From contig CAZAUV010000001.1 of the NCBI GenBank assembly GCA_964488335.1, positions 1-53,762 on the forward strand: DNA of 53,762 nucleotides. The letters are read 5' to 3'. Below are positions 19,299 through 28,501 of this stretch, piece by piece. The number at the start of each line of letters is the position of its first letter. Within the stretch, counting starts at the first letter, position 1. The DNA comes from an uncultured Bacteroides sp. (lineage in GTDB: Bacteria > Bacteroidota > Bacteroidia > Bacteroidales > Muribaculaceae). A model generated the notes under the pieces. It had not been told where the DNA came from. It worked only from the letters and a program-made list of their open reading frames with translations, and did no database searches. Both the position numbers and the translations under genes were made by a program.

Positions 19299-20654
19299 AT
19301 GTCAAAAAAAGCTCAATTTGCCTCCAAGGTGGGGCTCATAGCGGCAACGGTCGGCTCGGCGGTCGGCCTGGGCAACGTGTGGCGTTTCCCGGCAGAGACG
19401 CAGGCCAATGGCGGCGCCGCCTTTCTCCTGATCTATATAGCGTGTGTGTTTCTGTTAGGAGTGCCGGTGATGGTGGCCGAGTTTGCCCTCGGGCGCGCCG
19501 GCCGGAGCGATGCCATCGGTTGTTTCCGTAACCTCAAGGCTCCGAAGCCGTGGTGGGCCGTCGGTGGTGTGGCTATCCTGGCGAGCTACATGGTGCTCTG
19601 CTTCTATATGGTTGTGGCAGGCTGGACCTTTGAATATCTCTTGGCCTCTTTCTCCGGCTCGCTCTATGAAGGCGCGGGAGCGGGGAGTGCCGGCTTCTTT
19701 GCCGACAAGATGACGTCGATGATAGCGGAGTCGACCGGCCCGCTGATCAACACATATGTGGTCATCGTGCTCAACATCATAGTTCTGATGCTTGGAGTGC
19801 AGAAGGGAATCGAGCGGATGAGCAACATTATGATGCCGCTGCTCTTCATCATCCTCCTGGTCCTTTGCGGTGTGAGCATGACTCTCCCGGGGGCAGGTGC
19901 CGGCCTGGAGTTTTTCCTCAAGCCCGACTTCTCCAAAGTCACCTCCGAAACCTTCCTATCGGCTCTCGGTCAGGCTTTCTTCTCCCTCTCGTTAGGTATG
20001 GGCATCCTCATCACTTATGCAAGCTATTTCCCTAAGTCGACAAAGCTGACCCGGACGGCCGTGACCGTCTCGATGCTTGATCTGCTGGTGGCTATGCTGA
20101 TGGGCTTCATCATCTTCCCGGCCGTGACATCCTTCGGGCTCACGGGCGAGGCTCTCCAGGGCTCTACGCTCGTCTTTGTGACTCTCCCCGAAGTGTTTTC
20201 CCGCATGCCGGCCACTCAGATATGGTCGATCCTCTTCTTCCTGCTTCTCTTCGTGGCGGCGCTGACATCTACCATCTCCATCGCCGAAGTGTCGGTGGCC
20301 TTCATCGCCGACCGCTTCAAGACGAGCCGCATCGTGGCCACTCTCGTGGTGCTCATCCCCGTCTTCGGCCTCTCCTCCCTCTGCGCCCTCTCGCAGGAGA
20401 CAGGGAGCGGCCTGCTGATAGGAGGGAAGACTTTCTTTGACTTCCTCGACGATGTGGCCACCAATATGCTTCTGCCCACCGTCTCATTCTTCATCTGCAT
20501 CTATGTCGGGTGGATAGCGCCCAAGAGCCTCCTCAAGGGCGAGCTCACCAATCGCGGCGAGATGCGCTCGCGCGCCCACGGCACCCTCCGGTTTATCCTC
20601 CGGTGGGTGGCACCGCTGCTGACAGCCATAATCCTTCTCTCGCGCTTCTTATGA
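19299..20654 (+). CDS. Sodium-dependent transporter (NSS/SNF family)
   Basis: GSAVGLGNVWRFP, GGAAFLLIY, ALGQAFFSLSLGMG. Confidence 0.93.
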   Translation: MSKKAQFASKVGLIAATVGSAVGLGNVWRFPAETQANGGAAFLLIYIACVFLLGVPVMVAEFALGRAGRSDAIGCFRNLKAPKPWWAVGGVAILASYMVLCFYMVVAGWTFEYLLASFSGSLYEGAGAGSAGFFADKMTSMIAESTGPLINTYVVIVLNIIVLMLGVQKGIERMSNIMMPLLFIILLVLCGVSMTLPGAGAGLEFFLKPDFSKVTSETFLSALGQAFFSLSLGMGILITYASYFPKSTKLTRTAVTVSMLDLLVAMLMGFIIFPAVTSFGLTGEALQGSTLVFVTLPEVFSRMPATQIWSILFFLLLFVAALTSTISIAEVSVAFIADRFKTSRIVATLVVLIPVFGLSSLCALSQETGSGLLIGGKTFFDFLDDVATNMLLPTVSFFICIYVGWIAPKSLLKGELTNRGEMRSRAHGTLRFILRWVAPLLTAIILLSRFL

Positions 20655-20983
20655 CGGCGCCCGACTCCCCTGAGGCCAAGCGCACCACTGCGCGTATGCG
20701 CCGGATAATAGTGGTGATGACCGTCGGATTGTGGATAGCCGTGGTGGCCATCACGGCGCTCAAGGAGCGTCAGGTCCCGCCAGCTGAAATGCCACCGTCA
20801 GGAGTAGGGAGAGCGGAAGACCTGGAGGCTGCCTTGGCGGCCGACACCCCCACGGTCGCTACCCCTGCAGCTTCCACCCGAGGCTCGGCCGGGAGCCGGA
20901 AGTCACGCAAGAGCTCGCCTCAGCCTTCATCGCCCGGACCGTCACCCTCATCACCCCTTGACCATCAGATACCTACCAAATAA
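20651..20983 (+). CDS. Small single-TM hypothetical protein
   Basis: ATG overlaps upstream TGA and its TAA overlaps the next ATG; one hydrophobic helix, then an S/P-rich tail. Confidence 0.6.
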   Translation: MTAPDSPEAKRTTARMRRIIVVMTVGLWIAVVAITALKERQVPPAEMPPSGVGRAEDLEAALAADTPTVATPAASTRGSAGSRKSRKSSPQPSSPGPSPSSPLDHQIPTK

Positions 20984-22344
20984 TGACATCACAGAACAGC
21001 ACCTCTCCCCGCGATATCTTCACCACCCGCTTCGGGGCCATCGCAACGACAGTAGGCTCAGCCGTAGGGCTGGGCAACATATGGCGCTTCCCCTACGAAG
21101 CCGGGGCCCACGGTGGGGGGGCCTTCATGCTCTGCTACATAGTATTTATCCTTATCCTGGGTCTGCCGGTGATATGCGCCGAGTTTATTCTCGGGCGCAG
21201 CTCCCGCTCCAACATCTTCGGGGCCTTCCGCCACCACTCAGGCGGACGCTTATTCCCCATGGTAGGCTATATGGGCATCCTGGCCTCGACGATGATATTG
21301 AGCTTCTATTCAGTGGTGGCCGGCTGGACGGTGGAATACACCTTCCAGAGCGCCATCGGAGCCCTTGATTTCAGTGATGTCAGTAGCTATCACACCCATT
21401 TCGACACCTTTGTGACCGGCAACTGGCGCCCGGCTCTCTGGACTCTCATTTTCTTAGCCCTCAACTTCGGCATCCTTATCCGCGGCGTCACCAAGGGCAT
21501 CGAGCGCTTCTCCAACATCCTGATGCCCATCCTCTTCCTCATTCTGATCATCTTCTGTATCAACTCCCTGACGATGGACGGAGCCCGTGAAGGCCTTACA
21601 TTCCTTTTCAAGCCCGATTTCTCTCAGCTTACCCCCTCGACGATGCTTGGCGCTCTGGGACAGGCATTCTTCTCCCTCTCCCTGGGCCTGGGAACGATGC
21701 TCACCTATGCCAGCTACTTCGCCGACAGGACGCGACTGGGGCGCTCGGCTCTCACCACCGCGTCGCTTGATACTCTGGTGGCCATCCTCGCCGGTGTGAT
21801 CATCTTCCCTGCCGTGTTTACCTACGGCATGAGTCCATCGGCCGGCCCGACTCTCGTTTTTGAGGTGCTCCCCTCGATATTCCATCATCTTCCCGGTGGA
21901 GTGATCTGGTCAACGCTCTTTTTCTTCCTCCTCTTCCTTGCATCGCTTACCTCCACCATCTCCATGAGCGAGATATCGATAGCCTTCTTCACCGACGAGC
22001 TGAAGATGCGGCGCCGGACGGCAGTCTGTCTCAATACGGGCATCGCAGCCCTCTTCGGCACTCTCTGCGCACTCTCATTCGGCTGCCTCAACTCATTCAC
22101 CATAGCCGGCAAGACCCTCTTTGACCTCTTTGATTACACGACGAGCAACATCCTCCTCCCCTTGGGCGGAATGTTTATCTCGCTCTTTGTCGGCTGGAGG
22201 GTCAAGCGCTCGGTCATAGAGCGTGAGATGACCTGTTACGGGACCACCCGCTTCCGCCTCATGGGCCTCCTGATCTTTGCCCTTCGCTGGGTGTGCCCCA
22301 CGGCGATAGCCCTTATCTTCCTCGACTCCCTCGGTATCATCTGA
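20983..22344 (+). CDS. Sodium-dependent transporter (NSS/SNF family), paralog 2
   Basis: GSAVGLGNIWRFP, ALGQAFFSLSLGLG. Confidence 0.93.
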   Translation: MTSQNSTSPRDIFTTRFGAIATTVGSAVGLGNIWRFPYEAGAHGGGAFMLCYIVFILILGLPVICAEFILGRSSRSNIFGAFRHHSGGRLFPMVGYMGILASTMILSFYSVVAGWTVEYTFQSAIGALDFSDVSSYHTHFDTFVTGNWRPALWTLIFLALNFGILIRGVTKGIERFSNILMPILFLILIIFCINSLTMDGAREGLTFLFKPDFSQLTPSTMLGALGQAFFSLSLGLGTMLTYASYFADRTRLGRSALTTASLDTLVAILAGVIIFPAVFTYGMSPSAGPTLVFEVLPSIFHHLPGGVIWSTLFFFLLFLASLTSTISMSEISIAFFTDELKMRRRTAVCLNTGIAALFGTLCALSFGCLNSFTIAGKTLFDLFDYTTSNILLPLGGMFISLFVGWRVKRSVIEREMTCYGTTRFRLMGLLIFALRWVCPTAIALIFLDSLGII

Positions 22345-22346
22345 CG

Positions 22347-24482
22347 ATGAGAGTGTCGGGCAAATTGATCCGGTTAATCATCGCCGGATGGCTCATCGCA
22401 GCCCCGGCGGCATCGCCGGCGGCCGCGTCTGCTGCTCCCATCAGGGTATATCCCGACAGCATCGCGGCGACTGTTTCAGACACTCTGCCGCAGGCACAGA
22501 GGCTGGGCGAGGTGGTGGTCAGCGGGCGCGGGGCTATGAGGCGCGTAGGGAGTCTGCGTCTCGGAGCCGAGACCCTCGAGATGAAGGTCATGGAGAAGGC
22601 CCCGGTGCTCTTCGGCGAGGTGGATATCATCAAGTCCATCACTCTTCTGCCGGGAGTAAGGCAGGAGAGCGAAGGCTCCGGCGGGTATATGGTCAGGGGC
22701 GGGACAGCCTCGCAAAACCAAGTCCAGCTCGATGGAGCCACTATCTTCAATCCCACCCATGTGATGGGTATCTTCTCGACCTTCAATGAAGATGCCCTCG
22801 GCTCGGCCACCCTTTATAAAGGCCTTATGCCGGCCCACCTTGGCGGCGCCACATCATCGGCCCTCGACATCACCCTCGCTCCCGGCAATATGGAGAGCTG
22901 GGGCGGCAGCGCCACCATCGGGCTATTGGCTGCGAAGGCTTCGGCGAGCGGGCCCATCATCCGCGACCGCCTCTCGCTGGCAGTCAATGCCCGCCGCTCA
23001 TATGTAGATGCATTCCTCAAGATTATCCCAAAATATCGCCATACGGTGATGCACTTCTGTGATGTCAACGCCAAGCTGTCATATCGCCCCAGGCCCGACG
23101 ATTATATCGACCTCGCGCTCACCACATCCCGCGACAATCTCGGCATCTCGACTATAATGTGGATGGACTGGGGCAACATGGCCGCTTCGGCGCGCTGGAC
23201 AGCCCGCAGGGGCGACTCCCGCCGCTTCATCACCACAGCTGCCTGGACCGGCTTCAGCGGCGATATGTGGATGGATATTATGGCCACAAGGCAACGCCTT
23301 GACGAATATATCCGCACCGGCTCGCTCAACCATCGCGCTATCTTTACTATCGCAGAAGACCATGAGCTTGAGGCGGGTCTCCGCTCGGAGCTTTTCAAGG
23401 TGAAATCGGCCGAATGGACTGTCAACGACATCCGCGAGCGCGACATCCGCTCCGGATGGGCCAATGACATATGGCTCAGCTATGAAGGCCGTCTGTCGGG
23501 CCGTCTGTCGCTGAGCGCCGGAGCCCGGCTGAGCATCTTCTCAGCCCTTCGCGGACACTCCTTCAGGGTCTATGAGAGCTTCTATTCGCCCGTCGAGGCT
23601 CAGGGGCGCGACGGGATAGACAAGACATATCTGCGGGCCGAGCCGCGCCTGAGTGTCAACTATAGTCTCGGCGCCCGGTCGGCTCTCAAAGCGGGCCTCG
23701 CTTCGTCGTCGCAAAATCTTCATGCCATCCGCACTACAGCCTCGTCGTTTCCCTTTGACCGATATGCCTTAACCTCAGCCAAGGTCAGGCCCGAGAGCGC
23801 AGTGCAGTATAGCGCGGGCTATACTGCCACAGATCAGGCCGGATGCTGGGAATGGTCGGCCGAGGCTTATTATAAGCAGATCAGCAATGTGTATGATTAT
23901 CGCTCGGGTGTCAATATGTTCACTGCCGTCGACCTCGAGGAGCTGATTCTCGGAGGCCGGGGACGCTCTTATGGCCTTGAGCTGATGGTGCGCAAAAACA
24001 CCGGGCGGATTACCGGCTGGGTGGCCTACACGCTGTCGAAGACTCAGACGCGCATCGATGGCATAAACGACGGGCTCTGGTATGATGCCTCCAACGACCG
24101 TCGCTCAGATCTCAATATCGTCGGGATGTATTCGCTGACACCATCCTGGAGCCTTTCGGCTTCGTTTATCTATGCATCCGGGCAGGCTCTCTCGGTCCCC
24201 GATGCCAAATATCAGCTGTCGGGAGCCACGGTCTATTATTACGGTAAGCGCAATGGCTACCGCACCCCTCCGACCCATCGCCTCGACATCTCGGCCTCTT
24301 ACAGTCATCGCGGGCGCCGCTTCAGTTATGAGTGGAACTTCGGCATCTACAATCTCTATAACCGCTACAATCCCTATATGATATTTTTCGAGAATGATCC
24401 CTCGAAACCTTCGGGGACCCGCGGAGTCCAATATTCAATGTATGGAATAGTGCCTTCGGTATCCTACACTCTCAAATTCTGA
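22347..24482 (+). CDS. TonB-dependent receptor
   Basis: LGEVVVSG, DIIKSITLLPGV, VRGG...QN plug, GRSYGLE, NLYNRYNP, terminal F; ATG 22347. Confidence 0.9.
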   Translation: MRVSGKLIRLIIAGWLIAAPAASPAAASAAPIRVYPDSIAATVSDTLPQAQRLGEVVVSGRGAMRRVGSLRLGAETLEMKVMEKAPVLFGEVDIIKSITLLPGVRQESEGSGGYMVRGGTASQNQVQLDGATIFNPTHVMGIFSTFNEDALGSATLYKGLMPAHLGGATSSALDITLAPGNMESWGGSATIGLLAAKASASGPIIRDRLSLAVNARRSYVDAFLKIIPKYRHTVMHFCDVNAKLSYRPRPDDYIDLALTTSRDNLGISTIMWMDWGNMAASARWTARRGDSRRFITTAAWTGFSGDMWMDIMATRQRLDEYIRTGSLNHRAIFTIAEDHELEAGLRSELFKVKSAEWTVNDIRERDIRSGWANDIWLSYEGRLSGRLSLSAGARLSIFSALRGHSFRVYESFYSPVEAQGRDGIDKTYLRAEPRLSVNYSLGARSALKAGLASSSQNLHAIRTTASSFPFDRYALTSAKVRPESAVQYSAGYTATDQAGCWEWSAEAYYKQISNVYDYRSGVNMFTAVDLEELILGGRGRSYGLELMVRKNTGRITGWVAYTLSKTQTRIDGINDGLWYDASNDRRSDLNIVGMYSLTPSWSLSASFIYASGQALSVPDAKYQLSGATVYYYGKRNGYRTPPTHRLDISASYSHRGRRFSYEWNFGIYNLYNRYNPYMIFFENDPSKPSGTRGVQYSMYGIVPSVSYTLKF

Positions 24483-24498
24483 TTTATTCACTTCTGCC

Positions 24499-25308
24499 AT
24501 GAACCTGCTGAAACTAATCCCGGCGGCTTCCCTCGCCCTGACTCTAATGGCTTGCGAGAAGGAGATAGCCTTTGAGTATCATCAGATACCCCCCGAGCCG
24601 GTCATCGAGGGTCTGCTGACCGGAGAGGGTGTGGAGGTGAGACTCTCACAGACCGTGGCCACCGATGAGCCCTTCAGGCCGCCGCTGACCGATGCCGACG
24701 TGAGGGTCACCGACCTTACCGACGGCAGCTCTTACAGCCTCTTGTCTGATAGCGCGGGATTTTTCACCGCTGAGGGCCTAAGGGGTGTCACGGGCCATTG
24801 TTATGAGCTGACAGTGGAGAGGGGAGGGGAGAGCTTCGTAGCCCGGTCGACCATGCTTGACACCATAGCTATTATCTCGGCCGGCTTCAGCTGGATAAGG
24901 ATGCCTTATGATGATGTGGCTGTCCTTCGCGTAGAAGTGACAGCTTCGTCAGATCCCCTGATCTGCTACTGGATGAGGGTCTACCGCAATGGAGAGGTCT
25001 ATCAATGGCAGGCTATGGAGGGGCGCAATGTAGATAATGGTGTGGCCACCGGTATGATGATGACCTCGCGGCGCGATATCGAGCAGGAGGATGATGCCGA
25101 CCGCCTGGTCGACGGCGACTCCGTCATGATTGAGGTGATGCCCATTTCGCGACTTATGTTTGACTATCTTGCTTCGCTCAACAATGGCGATTATAATGGT
25201 CTTCGGCTCTTCTCAGGCTCGTCGCCCTGCTTGGGATATTTCCTGGCGGCCCCTATGGCACGGACTACCATCATCTATCGCCCCGACGATTTCACTTATG
25301 CCCATTGA
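24499..25308 (+). CDS. DUF4249-like lipoprotein partner of TonB receptor
   Basis: Lipobox LMAC, PVIEG, C-terminal LGYF; follows TBDR. Confidence 0.8.
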   Translation: MNLLKLIPAASLALTLMACEKEIAFEYHQIPPEPVIEGLLTGEGVEVRLSQTVATDEPFRPPLTDADVRVTDLTDGSSYSLLSDSAGFFTAEGLRGVTGHCYELTVERGGESFVARSTMLDTIAIISAGFSWIRMPYDDVAVLRVEVTASSDPLICYWMRVYRNGEVYQWQAMEGRNVDNGVATGMMMTSRRDIEQEDDADRLVDGDSVMIEVMPISRLMFDYLASLNNGDYNGLRLFSGSSPCLGYFLAAPMARTTIIYRPDDFTYAH

Positions 25309-25346
25309 AAGGCCGGATACGGCTATGTGACGGCTGCTCCCGGCGG

Positions 25347-25727
25347 TCAATCAAAATCGCAGAAGGGCGCTACGCCATAAGGATTGATGGCCCCTCGGCT
25401 CGGAAGAGTCAGCCAATAGATGAGTATAAGCCCCGCTATGGGCACCAGGCCGAGGACCGACCACCACCCGGAGCGACCGATATCATGGAGCCGGCGCACG
25501 AGGAGGCTCACCGTTGGGAGCACCATTCCGATATTGATTATCCAGGCGACAAGAGTTCCCGTCTGATGGCCAAGCATTTCCATGGCCATCGATTCAACGG
25601 CCATAAGAGCGATGCAGAAGAGGGTCCACCACCAGAATTCGGAGCGGGAGGCGCGTCCTTCAAAGTTGCAGTAATTGTCGGTCAGAGTGAGGTTTACAGC
25701 CTCGGTAAAGGTCAGGCGGTTTTGCAT
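25347..25727 (-). CDS. DUF805 family membrane protein
   Basis: FEGRASRSEFWW, VRRLHDIGRSGWW, NPYG. Confidence 0.92.
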   Translation of the reverse strand: MQNRLTFTEAVNLTLTDNYCNFEGRASRSEFWWWTLFCIALMAVESMAMEMLGHQTGTLVAWIINIGMVLPTVSLLVRRLHDIGRSGWWSVLGLVPIAGLILIYWLTLPSRGAINPYGVAPFCDFD

Positions 25728-25965
25728 AGTAGCGGATGTGAGGGAGAAAAGGTGTAGTTGGAGCGTGTGTGGGTGAGAGGGGAGAGTCGTTAGGGTATTT
25801 TCACAGTTATAAACGTTTTGTGATTAAAAATGTTTGTCGGCCAGGCTGAGGTTGTTAAATCCTTTCAGAGTCTTAATCTTTAACAATTATGAATTAGCAT
25901 TTTTTGACGTTTTTTGGCTATTTGCCTATTGTTCAGGCCTCTTAATATTCGTAACTTTGCATTAC

Positions 25966-26059
25966 GAAACGGAAACGTCATACGACAACACTTTATATAT
26001 ACTTGAATTTTGGTTATGAGGGAGGTGCGCATCTGTGAAGATGCGCACTTTCATCTTTT
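25966..26059 (+). ncRNA. Candidate small RNA (~95 nt)
   Basis: TAACTTTG promoter at 25952-25959 with TTG 20 nt upstream; no credible ORF; GTGCGCATCT-gtga-AGATGCGCAC hairpin plus T-rich tail at 26025-26059. Confidence 0.55.
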
Positions 26060-26104
26060 ATGCCTGACGGAATACCCGGGGAAAGCACCTTCGTCACGGA
26101 GGGC

Positions 26105-26989
26105 TCATCCGAGGGCTATAAGTTGGTCGAGGGTCATCGGCTCCGGTGAGGGGATGAGGGCTCCGAGGGCAGCCGTGAGGCCGAGGACCTCGGCCGGCGA
26201 TGCGCCATTGCCGCGCAGCTCCGCCAGGGAGAGGGAGGCATCGCGCTTGGAGAGGCGCTCGCCACGGGCATTTGTGATCAAGGGTATGTGGGCCCACTCG
26301 GGAGTCTGCCACCCTAATAGATGATAGAGATGGGCCTGCTGGTGAGTGGATGGCAGCCAGAGATCGCTCCCGCGCACCACTTCGGTGACTCCCATCAGGG
26401 CATCATCGACCACCACAGCGAGCTGATAGGCCCAGGCACCATCGGCTCGGCGCAGGACGAAGTCGCCTACCTCGGCCGAGAGGTCGATGGTCTCCGCGCC
26501 AAGATTGCGGTCGGTAACGCTCACCCTCAGACCGTCAGGGATAAACAGGCGCCGGGCGCCCGGGATTTCTTCTCCCGGGGGTGGAAAGGGAGGCCCCCAG
26601 GCAGGGCGGCAGCGGCCGGAATAGATGGCTCTGCCGTCGGAGGCGTGGGGGGCTTGGGTGGCGCGCAGGTCAGCGCGGGTGCAATGGCAGGGATAGACGA
26701 GACCTTGCTCCTCAAGAGCGGAGAGGGCCTGACGGTAATAGTCGTGGCGCAGGCTCTGGCAATATCCGGCATCGATGCCCCCCTCGTCCCATTCCAGGCC
26801 GAGCCAATGGAGGTCGTCTTCAATCTGCCGGGCATATTCGGGGCGCGACCGCTGGGGATCAAGGTCTTCGATGCGCAATATCCAGCGGCCTCCGGCCCGA
26901 CGGGCCGAAAGCCACGACATCAGGGCGGCATAGACATTTCCCAAGTGCATCCGCCCGGAGGGTGATGGGGCGAAGCGGCCCGTTACCAT
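26105..26989 (-). CDS. gluQ: tRNA glutamyl-Q(34) synthetase GluQRS
   Basis: RFAPSPSGRMHLGN, LRIEDLD, CxC zinc motif, YQLAVVVDD, RLSKR; lacks anticodon-binding domain (294 aa). Confidence 0.92.
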   Translation of the reverse strand: MVTGRFAPSPSGRMHLGNVYAALMSWLSARRAGGRWILRIEDLDPQRSRPEYARQIEDDLHWLGLEWDEGGIDAGYCQSLRHDYYRQALSALEEQGLVYPCHCTRADLRATQAPHASDGRAIYSGRCRPAWGPPFPPPGEEIPGARRLFIPDGLRVSVTDRNLGAETIDLSAEVGDFVLRRADGAWAYQLAVVVDDALMGVTEVVRGSDLWLPSTHQQAHLYHLLGWQTPEWAHIPLITNARGERLSKRDASLSLAELRGNGASPAEVLGLTAALGALIPSPEPMTLDQLIALG

Positions 26990-26998
26990 AGCCTTAAG

Positions 26999-28459
26999 TC
27001 AGTCGCTGAGGGCGGTCTTGAGAAGCTCGTCGGTGATCTCCACGGGGCCGGTGATGAGCTCGGGGACATTGTAGGTGAGCGACTGATCGTCGTAGTAGCG
27101 CGAGCTCTTCTGAGGCATTACGAAGGGCTTGGTAGCGCGGCCGGTGGCGGGGTCAAAGGATGAGATAAAGGGCCGCGCCGCCAGGCCGTCGAGACGCTTG
27201 GATGAGAAGGCAAACCATCGGCCGGAGGAGCTCCAGGTGTGGTAGGAGTCAACTGTCTCGGGAGCATTGACCTCATCGAGGGGACGGACCTCGCCCGATG
27301 CGAGATCGAGCAGCATTAGGTCTGACTCGGGGTGCCAGATGGAGAAGGTGCCATAGTCGCTGAGAGTAAACATCAGATGGCGGCCGTCGGGGCTCACGCG
27401 GGGGAATGACACGCTCTTGCCCATATCGGAAGCGGCTACGACGGTGACGACAGAGTCACCGAAGGTACCGGTCGAGCGGTCGAAGTCGATGCGGCAGAGG
27501 TCGTAGCGGGTGTTCAGCAGTGGCTCGCCCATCTGGCGTGCCTTTGCGCGGGCAAACCACAGAGCGTTGCTTTTAGGGTCCCAGGCCGGGAAGGTCTCAT
27601 AATATTCGGCCGTGGCAACGGCGGGGGCAGTGTAGCTCTTCCCGGTCTCGGCATCGTAAATCATCAGGTCGGCGCTCATATCCACTACCTCGATGGGTTT
27701 CGAGCCGAAGGTGTGGAAGCCTTGCATCACGTCGTTGGTGGAGTAGGCTATGAAGCGGCCGTCGGGGTTCCATGTGGGATAAGTGGCGCCATTGGGGAGG
27801 TCGGGATGTGAGGGCACCACCTTCTTCACCTGTCCGTTGCGGGCGATAAGGGTGCCTTTATGCTTGTCGCGGACGTGAATCTGGAGGGTCCGGGGATTGT
27901 TGGCGGCAAAGGAATGGCAATTGAGGCAGTTGCCATCCATATCCTTATTCTCGAGGATAGGGGTCTGGCTATAGTCTTCGAGCGAGCGCTGATAGATACC
28001 TACGCGGCGCCAAAGCTCATAGCCCGGATACAGCATGCGGTAGGCTATATGGCTGTCGATGGAGTCGGGGGCGATGGTGGCGGTGATGTCGGGGTGTTGG
28101 GTCCATAGTCCGTCAGCCTTGGTGAGGATGCGGAAATAGATGTCGCCGCCGGCGGCCTCGCCCAGCAGTTTGTGCCACTCCTTGAGAGGCGGCAGGAGCG
28201 AGAGTCCGTCGCCTCTGACCGAGATTGACGGCTCCTGACCGACACGGCCCACGAGCAGATGGGCCTCTTCGGCGCCCTCGACCACCGGCTCGAAAGCCGG
28301 CGCGGCAATGTTGACGGGGAAGGTCACCGAAGCATAGTCGGGATATATCTCTATCGGCTCGGCGGAGGTAGTGTCGGCCTTCGGAGCCGAGCCTGAGCAG
28401 CCGGCCATGATGAGGGCCGGGAGGATGAGAAAGGGGAGGAATATTCGAGAGAGAGTCAT
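26999..28459 (-). CDS. TolB-like/PD40 beta-propeller lipoprotein
   Basis: Lipobox MAGC, YPTWNPDG, FPRVSPDG, YHTWSSSG repeats; CLNCH motif. Confidence 0.8.
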   Translation of the reverse strand: MTLSRIFLPFLILPALIMAGCSGSAPKADTTSAEPIEIYPDYASVTFPVNIAAPAFEPVVEGAEEAHLLVGRVGQEPSISVRGDGLSLLPPLKEWHKLLGEAAGGDIYFRILTKADGLWTQHPDITATIAPDSIDSHIAYRMLYPGYELWRRVGIYQRSLEDYSQTPILENKDMDGNCLNCHSFAANNPRTLQIHVRDKHKGTLIARNGQVKKVVPSHPDLPNGATYPTWNPDGRFIAYSTNDVMQGFHTFGSKPIEVVDMSADLMIYDAETGKSYTAPAVATAEYYETFPAWDPKSNALWFARAKARQMGEPLLNTRYDLCRIDFDRSTGTFGDSVVTVVAASDMGKSVSFPRVSPDGRHLMFTLSDYGTFSIWHPESDLMLLDLASGEVRPLDEVNAPETVDSYHTWSSSGRWFAFSSKRLDGLAARPFISSFDPATGRATKPFVMPQKSSRYYDDQSLTYNVPELITGPVEITDELLKTALSD

Positions 28460-28501
28460 AGTTATCTTATGGATAGTGTATGTCGGAGTGAAGGATTAAG
28501 G

